A stretch of DNA of 64,000 nucleotides, from positions 7,898,606 through 7,962,605 of the forward strand of contig CM119266.1 in the NCBI GenBank assembly GCA_051294375.1, read 5' to 3'. Below the pieces are notes generated by a model that was not told the origin of the DNA, searched no databases, and worked only from the letters and a program-made list of their open reading frames with translations. Of the stretch, positions 32,201 to 43,056 are shown piece by piece. A program made the translations under genes and the position numbers. This DNA is from Paraspadella gotoi. Its lineage: Eukaryota; Animalia; Chaetognatha. Position 1 is the stretch's first letter, and each line of letters begins with the position of its first letter.

Positions 32201-35200
32201 CAAAGAAATTGCAACAACCAATCTGGCCAATGAGGCCAATGGTCGACCTAATCTTGAAAATGATATCAAACAGGTCAAGCAGGCCAGTGAGACCAATCCA
32301 TCTGACAAGGACTGTCATGCCAGTGAGACCAATCCATCTGACAAGGACTGTCAGGCCAGTGAGACCAATCCATTTGACAAGGACTGTCAGGCCAGTGAGA
32401 CCAATCCATCTGACAAGAACCGTCATGCCAGTGGGACCAATCCATCTGACAAGGACTATGAGGCTAGTGAGACCAATCCATCTGACAAGGACTGTCAGGC
32501 CAATGAGACCAATCCATCTGACAAGGACTATGAGGCCAGTGAGACCAATCCATCTGACCAGGACTGTCAGGCCAATGAGACCAATCCATCTGACAAGGAC
32601 TATGCGGCTAGTGAGACCAATCCATCTGACAAGGACTATGAGGCCAGTGAGACCAATCCATCTGACAAGGACTGTCAGGCCAATGAGACCAATCCATCTG
32701 ACAAGGACTATGAGGTCAGTGAGACCAATCCATCTGACAAGGACTGTCACGAACTTCAGGCAGCGAAGAGTGTCAAGTTTGACAAACATTTCATTCAAAA
32801 TGCTCAAATTATGTTCAGGACCACTATGTTTGTTATAATCCAAGAAATATTTAAAATGTCTACAATTAAGAATATAGAAGATTCTAAAACGAAATACCCG
32901 GTAAAAACTGAATCTGGACGAAATGACGTCGATTTTGACGATCGTTCAAATGTAGGATCTGGAGAAAACGTGGAGGTCGTTGTTGCAGATAACAGCAAAA
33001 TAGAAAACTCGATCATTTTTCATGACATAAATACCGGGGTTCATTTGGGGTCAAAGACGGTAGCTAAAGCTTGGCAAGAAAGATCTGGCGAGAGGGAGAA
33101 TGGCGAAGAAGATGTTCAACTGAACCAAGGTTCGTAATTTCATCGTGTATTTTATTTGTATCTCGTTAAATTTCTAAAATGTAAAGTATTAAATTTTAAA
33201 TACAATTTAATATTTTTCTATTTTTTATTTATATTGTTATTTATTGTTTTCAGCGCCTTATATCAGCATCGGAAGCACCACAGTAACTATTGTGAACAGG
33301 GAAGATGAAGCAACGCTCATCGAAAATCTGGTTACGCCAAACGAACTTGAGAAAGATGGAATTAATGAGGAAGCAGTTACCCAATCATCGGTCGCGGTCG
33401 ATAATCAAGCCGAATGTCGAAAGGAAAACGATTTCCCGATTGAATCATTTCCAAAGCAAATGAAAAGCGATGAACCCACGACGTCCGCAGTCACGGATCC
33501 CATCGCAGAAATGAGAGAGAAATTCGTCAATTACATCCTGGCTGAAAAGTCCTGTGCCAAGATGGCCGTCGCTTCCACGGTCTTTTTAGTTCTCTCATTA
33601 ATAATCACGATTCCCAATCATATTATAGTGGTGTTTTTACTCGACGGTCTTCCGGCTGGAATCATTTTCATATGCATGAGTTGCGTCATAGTTTTATTCA
33701 CTCTCATCGAACTTTGCATTTCGATCGTCAATCTCAAAGAAATGTCGGACGCCAAAACGCGAAGCGTTGAGAGTTTATTATTTCCAGAAAAAGTTCTACT
33801 CGGCAACAGGGTCCAGTCTGCGCAAACGGCAATCGCGATTGACGGCCCAATTGGTCTACCGATCGTTGCGGATCAACGACCAACAGCGATTCCATTTTTC
33901 GGCGTCGGGGGAGTCTTATACTTTATTGTGACGGAAATTTCCTTCGCGTTCGGCGTCATTTTAGTGGCGTTCGCCGCGGGGATTCAAGGAATGGACGCCA
34001 ACGTGGGGGCGGGCATCTGGTGTACCTTTGTTTTTAATTTAATTGGCGGGTTCGTTCGCCAGGGGAACAACACACGTAACCAAAGGATGGCGATGGTGAT
34101 CGTTACTATTATCTTTGCTTTCGTTTACGTTGGAATATCCATAGCGAACTTGAGCTCTTCCATTGATATGTATGCAAGTCTGGTGGCCTTGTCGGGCATC
34201 AATCTCGCGTTGGGACTGATAATTTTATGTATGTCGGTTGTCAGCACGGTGGTGATAGCGAGAGAAAAGCAGTCGAGTCCGCAACAGACGGTAATCGTGA
34301 ACGAACCTGACGAAGCGATCGAGTCTCGGCCTCAAAGGCAAAGAGAAAGAACTGAGGAACTGAAAGAGAGAATCAAATCTGTTGGTCGCCATTTTCTTCT
34401 TCTCAATTCTCTCGTCGTCGTCGGCGTTTTCTCCTTTATCTTCGGAGTCGCCCTCGCCGCTCAGTCGCAGGTGAGATTCAGTTGAAAGGTTAACTGTTAC
34501 CGCATTAACTAAATCCGTTATAGGTAATTAATACTTATAATAATAGAATTACAATATTTTTTTCGGCAAATAAAATGTGCCGAAATTATTATGAAATTGG
34601 TACAATCAATATATTACAATGTACGTATAATGCATTTTTTTTGTTGAAAATTTTAATTCTTTTAATGGATTTTGATACATTTTTAAAAGTGAAACAAAAA
34701 GCATAACAATTACATATTTAAATTAACAAAAAATATTGAACTGTGAACCACTTACCATCAAAATATTTTTTAAAAAAAATTATACTTTAAAGTTGGAACA
34801 GAAAACTATTTATCGACCCACCCCATTAACGGATTCGGTCACTCATCTCAGGGCGACTTGGATCTGGACGGAATAGTCTGCGGAAACGATCTGGGCGGAA
34901 ATGTCGGCGCCGGGATTTGGTCCGGCGTCGTTTTCATTCTCTGCGGAATCTTCGGCCGAGAATCTCTCGCTCCGTTGCTGGTCAACTTTGTCTCGACAAT
35001 CGTCTCCGCTCTTTTTGCCTTCGTCTTTGTCGTCATTTCTTGCGTCAACGTCGATTCTGCCGCGAACCACATCACTGGACATCGAAGCAACTTTGTGGCG
35101 CTGAGCTGCGTCAATCTGATATTGAGCTTATTGGCCTTGGGCCTTTCTTGCGTCAACGTCGTCGTTTTGGTAAAGAAGAGAAAGAAAGATCTGATTGCGG

Positions 35201-35628
35201 CGAAGAAAGCGTGCGGTGGAGAAATGGACATTGTCGTCGTTTACGTCCCTTGCGAAAAGATGGAATCAACAGCTGATGTCGAGAGTAGCATATCCCCATC
35301 AACCGTGGCGCTACAGCGGCAGAGTTTATCGAAACAGCATTCTATCCTTTCATTGGCAGAATTGTCGCCACAACAGCATTTTACGCACAAGCTTCCTCTA
35401 GCGCAGATCGTACAAAGAAGAGGGAGTGACGCGGAAATTCTTGCCACAGAAATATTTTATCCTCCGCCGCCGAAACCTACGCCGTCAACACCGCCGCCAA
35501 CACAACCGCCGAAGCTGCCGACGTTGCAGTCACAGCACGCTTCAGCAGTTCCGCCCGCGCCGTCGGAGCTGCACGCTGATAACACGTTTATCTCTGCGGA
35601 AAATCAACCGAATATTCCGACCTATTAA
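29298..35628 (+). CDS. ~1474-aa multi-pass membrane protein: Death-like and RHIM-like N-terminal region, 12-aa repeats, tandem MS4A/CD20-like TM modules, Pro-rich tail
   Basis: Exons 29298-29406, 29665-30617, 31367-31714, 32109-33129, 33254-34470 and 34852-35628 are all GT-AG and in frame (4425 nt). Two paralogous 4-TM modules carry GAGIWCTFVFNLIGG and GAGIWSGVVFILCGIFG (MS4A/CD20-type TM2 motif), preceded by a 2-TM segment. Confidence 0.85.
30634..31194. mobile_element. MITE with TA target-site duplication (Tc1/mariner-type), in intron 2
   Basis: TA|ctatctaggaaaaaagtatataacat ... atgttatatacttttttcctagatag|TA; perfect 26-bp TIRs, no transposase ORF. Confidence 0.85.
32283..32750 (+). repeat. 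Coding minisatellite, 13 x 36 bp (ASETNPSDKD[C/Y][Q/E/H])
   Basis: 13 in-frame units within exon 4. Confidence 0.95.
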
Positions 35629-35868
35629 ATAACTAACAAAACTAACAAAGTTAATTACTTATTATTACCTATAATTTTTAATTGCACAATGTAGGACGTT
35701 AACAATTAGAATACCATACTAATTTCGACTTCTTAGAATGGAGGTTTTTGATCCAAATCAACTTTTCATTCTTTTAAAAACTTTGGATGACATTTTGAAA
35801 CCGAATTTTCCCCGGAGAAACCTTCCTTCCGCCATTCCATGTCCATGACTTCAATTTCTAACCAAAAC

Positions 35869-37094
35869 TAGAGTTCCGATAACCGTTAATTTTTTAGGAA
35901 ATTCGCTTAACCGTTAAAACTAACATTTTTAACGGTTAACCGTTAAGATCGGTTAATTTTATAATTCAACTTTAAATTTAAAATATTAAGATTTAAAACA
36001 AAATAAAGTATTTAATGGTATTTTCTCTTTAACTCTGGCTCTTGAATGCGCTGATAAAGACTTGAAACAGAGTCGAAACATGTCTATTTTTTATGTCAAA
36101 TAAAATTGTTGTTGTAACAAAACAAATATTTTTGCTAATCTCATAACACAACGAAACGAAAGGATACCATCAAATTCTAATTCTATATTTTGTTTTCTCT
36201 TTCTCTCTTTTGCTTTCTCTTTTTCTTTCTCTACTTCTTCTATTCCCCATTATTTTTTTAGTTGTTAGTTGTTTGTTAGTTGTTAGTTTTCTGTTGTTAG
36301 TCTTTCATAAACTATGACCAATGGTCATTGACCATAAATATAAATATGAATTTTAATTCATTGATAGATTGGTTGATTTATCGATTGATCAAAATATTTA
36401 TTGATTAATAAATATTTTTTTCAGTTTAGTTAAAAAGTATATCATCATTATTCTTTTTTATATGTCTTTTTTAAGATTCGTTCCTTCTATTATTAATTTT
36501 TAAATTTTTTAAAATAATTTTTTTATTTTGTTTTTTATTCATTTTCATTCATTCGGTTTTATTTCATTTGCTTCTTTGTTAATTTTAAAAAGGATAGAAA
36601 AAGAGAGAAAAAGTAAAATAAGAGGGATTATTTATTTTTAGCTAAATTGAATATATATTATTGCATGAAAGGGCAAAAAAAAGGAAAAAGGTAAAAGCAA
36701 AGGGCGAAAAAAGGAGAAAAAAGAAAGGGGGAAAGAAAAAGGGGAAAAGTGAGAAAGAAAAAGAAAGGAACAGGAGGAGATAAATAAAGGGGAAGAAAGA
36801 ATAAGAGAGAGATGAGGATAGAAAAAAAAAGAGAAAATAACAAAGGAAAAAAGCAGGGAAAAATTTGAGAAGAGAGAGAGGGGTAAAAATATGGTGAGAA
36901 GGGGAGAGGAGAATAAGAGAGAACAGAAAAAAAATAGTTTTTTTTTTTAATTTAAAGATTTCATACCAAAAATGAAAAAAATCACATTTGAAAATTAACC
37001 GAATTTAACCGTTAAAATGAATATATTAACGGTTAAGTTAAAATTATTTTTAACCGTTAATAACCGTTAACAGTTAACGGTTATCGGAACACTA
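35869..37094. mobile_element. Non-autonomous hAT-type DNA transposon (1226 bp)
   Basis: TIRs TAGAGTTCCGATAACCGTTAA and TTAACGGTTATCGGAACACTA; 8-bp TSD ACCAAAAC at 35861-35868 and 37095-37102; subterminal AACCGTTAA repeats at both ends. Confidence 0.9.
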
Positions 37095-37384
37095 ACCAAA
37101 ACCAGTATCTTAATTAATAAAGAATAGAATTTAAAAAATTACGTCCTTTTTTAACTTGATAACAGTGCAGCTGTTACAACCGCATGCACCGAAGCTGCAT
37201 TCACGAGCAAATTGGTTACTTCACTGCGTGTTTTTCAGTTGACAGTTGCACGCCAACATTGACGTTGAAATCAGCTCCAGTTCCACCAACCTTTTCCCCA
37301 GAAATTCTTCATCGAAAGAAAAAAAAAAATCTGCAAAATTTTCTTGGAAAATTGATTCTCTTCTTCGACAGATTCTGGGTCGAG

Positions 37385-37440
37385 AGATCAAAGAGGTCAA
37401 AAAGGTCAATCGATACTTGACCTTTCGACCTTTTGAAACT
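37385..37440. promoter_or_regulatory. Cluster of nuclear-receptor half-sites
   Basis: AGATCA-aag-AGGTCA-aaa-AGGTCA followed by TGACCT-tt-CGACCT. Confidence 0.4.
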
Positions 37441-38323
37441 GGAAAGAAGTGGGGGGGAGTGGGAACGAGGAGGGCGTGGAAGATGGCGGAAAAGACAAAG
37501 GAACAAAAAAAACACAAAAAAACGCGGAATAAGCAAAATGAAGACGGGATGTGGGATTCTATCTTTTTATTTTTATTGCAAAATCGTCTCTGTCTCTGTC
37601 TCTGTCTCTCGTAAATACAAATTAAGAAAATATGATCTATTATTTTAAATTTCAGACTAAAAAAAAACATTATCTCTAACCTACAAAAGTCAACCGCTTT
37701 CCAACAAAAAAAAGATTTCTATTTTTAGCAAAAGAAAAACGTATTTTTTCATGAGATGCAAATTTATTTTACTCTAGGAGATAAAAGTTTTTTTCCTTTT
37801 ATGACCTCAATAAGTTTATTCATGAGTTATCGCTGTAAAGTAAGAATAAGCGCTTCCCAGAGAAAGAGTTCACAATCGCTAGGGACCTTTTTTTTTTCAA
37901 GTCGAGCTCTCGCGCATTTGCTTTAACGTGAAAATGAAATGTTGAAAAACCCATAACAGGGCCGGCGTTTTCATATACGGCGTTTTAAATGCAAAAGCCC
38001 TTAATACCACATTTCTAACTATTATGATATAAGCGGACTTTTTTAATTCGTAGCTTTCGTGACAAAAGCGCGCCTTTCAATTTCATTCGAAGATTTTTTA
38101 ATATGATTGCGTTTTAGAAATACATCTTTAGCTTTTGCCACATATAAATAATATAATATAATATATAATATAATAATGGCCTCCAGAATTACATCCCTGG
38201 CTTTTGGTTTTTACATCCTCATAATCCTTATAATTTCAAGTGAAAAAAAAAGAATAAGAAAAAAAAGAAAAAAAAAAGAAATGACAAGGCGTTTTGTTCT
38301 TCTTGACTCTCTTCCTCTCCCAG

Positions 38324-38399
<76 letters not shown>

Positions 38400-38443
38400 C
38401 TCTTTCTCTCGCTCTCTTGGTCTTTGTCTCAGTCTTTAATGTG

Positions 38444-38535
<92 letters not shown>

Positions 38536-39294
38536 GTCCCTCTCTTATCGCTTCGTTCAGGTAATCCAGGTTTTTCAAACAAAACAAACGAGGAAGTAAA
38601 CAAAACAGCATCGCACTTCCTCGTTTTTCTTATCGACGGAAAATAATTTATTATTAAATGACAGAAGCAGAGTTTTTATTGAAGTATTTATTTTCTTTTT
38701 TATTTATCCCAAAATCTATGCCGTTTGTGAAAATTGGATGTTTAACCAAAAAAACTAAATAAGAAAATAAATTAAAAAAATAATGCAATTTAGGCCCACG
38801 CGTCGTGAAAGTAAACACTTTCGTTTCAAAAAAATATAATTTATTCATGAAAAGAATTTATTATTTTTATGCTTTGCGTATTTGTTTGAGCTGAGACGGC
38901 GACGACGACGACGACGACGATGATGATGATGATTGCCGACGACGACGACGACGACGACATGTATTTTCACCTTCAACCTTACCAAAAAAACAAAAAAAAA
39001 AAAAAAAAAAAAACGCCGGTTCCCCGAATCTGGTTATCGAATTTTCCGCCAAACAGAAAGGTGAGGCAAAAAAATAGGTAAGGCAAATTCCGCGTGTTTC
39101 CATTAAGGCAAAAACGAAGAGCAAGTGGAGACGAGCGTCGGTGAAAATACAAGTCAGGCAAGAAATAGAAAGAAATAAATAAAAAAAGAAAAGGAAAGGA
39201 AGAAAATTAACGGTCACTCATCTCAGGGCGACTTGGATCAAAACAACCCATTTCATCTTAAATTAGGAATTAATTTAGTTTTAATACTTAAACA

Positions 39295-39510
39295 TTAGGT
39301 TAGAGATTAGGGTTAGGATACAGGGTTTGGGGTTTGGATTAGACATTAGGGATTAGCGTTTATGGTTAGGATTAAGAATTAGGTTACAGGGTTTGGGATT
39401 AGAATTAGATATTAAGGATTAGCGTTTATGGTTAGGATTAAGAATTAGGTTATAGGGTTAGGGGATTGGATTGGATTTTGGGTTTGATAAAATATTAAGA
39501 ACATTAGGGC
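39295..39510 (+). repeat. Degenerate TTAGGG-like interstitial repeat
   Basis: ttaggt/ttaggg/ttagga/tttggg hexamers with an internal ~67-bp duplication. Confidence 0.7.
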
Positions 39511-39924
39511 GTTTTTGGAAAATGGCGCCGAAAAAAAGCGACTTTTACGTTTGACTCATCACCGCATCCTGTTTGCGAGGCATGGACAAACAACATCCGG
39601 GTTAGAACTTCTTTTATTGAGTCGATTCACTTTTGCCTCTGATGGAAACCGGAAATCCGGTTCGACGCCGAAAAGTGGGCGTGGAGATCGAGAGATCGAA
39701 GACCCGGAAATTATTTGGTTCCTTTTTTTTAGTTTTGTTTGTTTATTTTTTGATTCGTTTAAGCGTAACATCTTCATACCTTTAACCTTTTGCGTTTAGC
39801 CTCTTTTTTTTTATCGCCCCCTCCACAGCCCACCCTCGTTTTTTCCCTCTACCTTCCTCACCCCAACCCTCGTTTTTCTCTTTTCTATAAGGAAGGAACT
39901 TAGCTCCCTTACACATTTCTTTCT

Positions 39925-40092
39925 ATGAAATTGGTACAACCAATATAAAAATTATCCATTCATTTAATAAATAAGCTATCTTGCCCCTGACTTTGGACAG
40001 GCTTTGGTGGTTTTAGGCCTCCATCACTCTTACAAGATAATGATATAGCAGGTCCCTGCAAGCTTTCAATCAAGACTCTCTCACAGTCTCGC
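39925..40092. mobile_element. Dispersed repeat, copy 2 (homologous to 21864-22008)
   Basis: High similarity to copy 1 over >120 bp. Confidence 0.75.
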
Positions 40093-40663
40093 TTTTTTAT
40101 TTTTTTCTCTTATGCCTTACCCTGTAGTACTTAGTTTTTCCCTGCATTTCCCGTTTATTTTCACACAATATATTAAAAAACCATAAATAAAAAATATTTT
40201 AAGTCTTTTTCCCGCTCTTCAGACTTGAGACTTAAGAGCGGCGACACAAGGCTCGCTTCCTTCCCTCGTATCAATCGTGAAGTGGAATTAGCAAGGCTTT
40301 GAGAATGTCACAAGGATGTCATCGAACTGTCATAAACCATACGTTCGTAAAACCTGTCACAAACTCCAGATAAAAGCGAAAATGAGATTCTATTGACACG
40401 TTGAACATACCTGTGATTTCAGTTTTTAATTTTGCTTAACTTTTAGTTTTAAATATTATATTGTGCTTATTTTTTCTCTGCCTCTTTTAAATTAAATTAC
40501 ATTTTGAAATAATGATTTTTTGCTTCTATGACAGACGATAAATAAAAGCGCCGTTAACTGTTTCATTTAGATACAGAAAATAAAATGGCCATTTTGAAAA
40601 TCGGTCCTTGAATAGAAATGGACGCGTTTAGATTTCTAATGATGGTAATTTGATAAGCCTCGA

Positions 40664-40797
<134 letters not shown>

Positions 40798-41552
40798 TTT
40801 AAACAACGATATTCAGGAATGATTTAGTTTCGTTTTAACAATCGTAAAAATTTGAAGATTGAAAAGTCGTGGGCATTTTTATTCCGCGTCGAAAATATAA
40901 TAAATAATTTATGTTTATTAGAATCCTTTTCTTCATAGGCAATTTGGCTGAAAGGAAAGTGAAGATTCATATTTAGTTCATCATTCTTCACTTCATCAAA
41001 CACGAGCCATTAAACATTCACGAAAGAATCATATTCAGCTCTGAATGCGTCATTAAATTATCCCAATGCCGATTAAATGAATGCGTTGAATATCATTCTT
41101 CGCCTCGTTATTGGAGTGAAAGAATAAAATAATTGAAGAATAAAAGATTAATTACTAATTACAAACGAAAATGAATAACTAATTACGAAAATGAAAAAAT
41201 AGTGAATGAAAAAAAAAGTTTTTGTATAAATGAAACGAAAGACCTAAAGATGAGACAAACGACGTTTGAAAACGATAGAACATTTAAAGTTAAAATTAAA
41301 AAAAGATACTTTAAACATAAATACTGAAAACGAAATTAAATGAAAAGAAAATTACCCAAAAAATTAAAAGAAAAAGGTAGCTTTTTCGAACTTACCGTTA
41401 AGAAGATAATCCTCGTAAAAAACTGACTTTTTTTAATCCAGAAAAATTTTGAAAAAAAAACCTTTTTGTCGATAAAAAAAATTACAGCGAAGGGTCTTTT
41501 AGAAGCGAGGCGAAAGAGAGAGAGAGAGAGAGAGACAGAGATAGAAAAAAAA

Positions 41553-41585
<33 letters not shown>

Positions 41586-42244
41586 TCAGTCGGGGGAGAT
41601 GCAGTCAACCACAACAATAACAACAACCACCAATGACATCCGTCTAAAATGGGGGCAAATGAGAAAGGGGAGAGAGGGAGGGAGAGAGGAGGGAGTGGGG
41701 AGAAGAGAGGGAGGATAGAGGAGGAGGAGTGAGGAAGGAGGGAGGAAGGAGGCAGAAGAGAGGGAGGAGAGAGGGAGAAAAGATCGGAAAGACGAGAAAT
41801 AACGAGGGGAGAACGATTTAGTGATCGATGTTGACGGACGGATGGAGAGAGGGAGGGAGAGAGAGAGGGAGGGAGTGAGGGAGAGAAGAGAGAGGGAGAA
41901 GGAGGGTTATTGATCGGACAAAGTCGGTGGTGACGGCAAAAAGGAGGAGGAGGAGGAGGAGGAGGAGGAGGAGGAGGAGGATGAGCAGGATCGGGTGCAA
42001 TGGGTCGTCAAGATCGAAAAGTGAAACGAATTCACGTTTTTCAAACTGAGGACTTCGTTTCGGATTTTTATGTTGTTTTTTTTTGCTTCTTTTGTTTCCT
42101 TTGCTGTTTCGTTTGTTTTGTTTCGCTTATCTGTTTGTTTTTTTTTCGACTAAGTTTCAACAATTGTTCGAAATTTTCAAGGATTAAATAGAATTGAAAA
42201 GTCACGAACGATAAAGTTTAAAAGATGACCCCCATAGACAATGA

Positions 42245-42281
<37 letters not shown>

Positions 42282-43056
42282 TTATCGAGCTGCCGGTAAC
42301 CACTTCGTCGTCATGACAACGAAATCAAACTTCGAGCCCAAAGAAGAATTTAATTTGATATCATCTTAGAATTTTAAGATTAAACTTACTTGTAAAGAGT
42401 TCGCTAATTGCTGAGCTATTTTTTGGGAGTCAATATCAAATTACTTAATCCTCGTTTAAATCTATCTGCATTAAATTAAATAATCATTCCTTTGGAGTGA
42501 GAATGAGTGAGAGTTGATTAGTCGTGAGTTTGGAAAGTCAAAACTCAAATATTATGTAAGTGACAAAAACTTATGTTTATTGCAGATTTAACTTCGCTCA
42601 AACTGTCCAGCTTTAAGATCATTTACGTATTTGCGCCTTGACGATTCGAGAGACATTTATTCATAACATTCATTTATTTTCGCTACAATTACTACATCTA
42701 ATTCATAGTACACCTTGGCCGGATAAAAATAATCTCTTCAAATGTTTCAGATAAAAAAAAAAAACATGATTTATTTTTAAGCAAATCAACGGAATAAAAT
42801 CAATGTCAATGAGGATTAATTCGGACGGCTCTCTTTTTTCTATCTCTTCTTCTCTTTACTCTATCTCTTCCTCTCTTTCCTTCTTTGCTTCCTCTCTTTC
42901 CTTCTTCGCTACCTCCCTCACTTCCTCTCTTTTCTTCGTCTCTTCCTCACTCATTTTCTCTCTTTTATTATTTTCTTTCCTTCCTTTCCTTCCTCTCTTC
43001 CACCTTCTCTTCTTTCTTACTCCTTTCCCTTTCTACTTCTCTTTACCCCTCACTCG

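Noticed and set aside
32157-32843. Overlapping ORFs on the minus strand and in a second plus frame
   Set aside because: By-products of the stop-free 36-bp repeat; only the ASETNP frame splices in phase.
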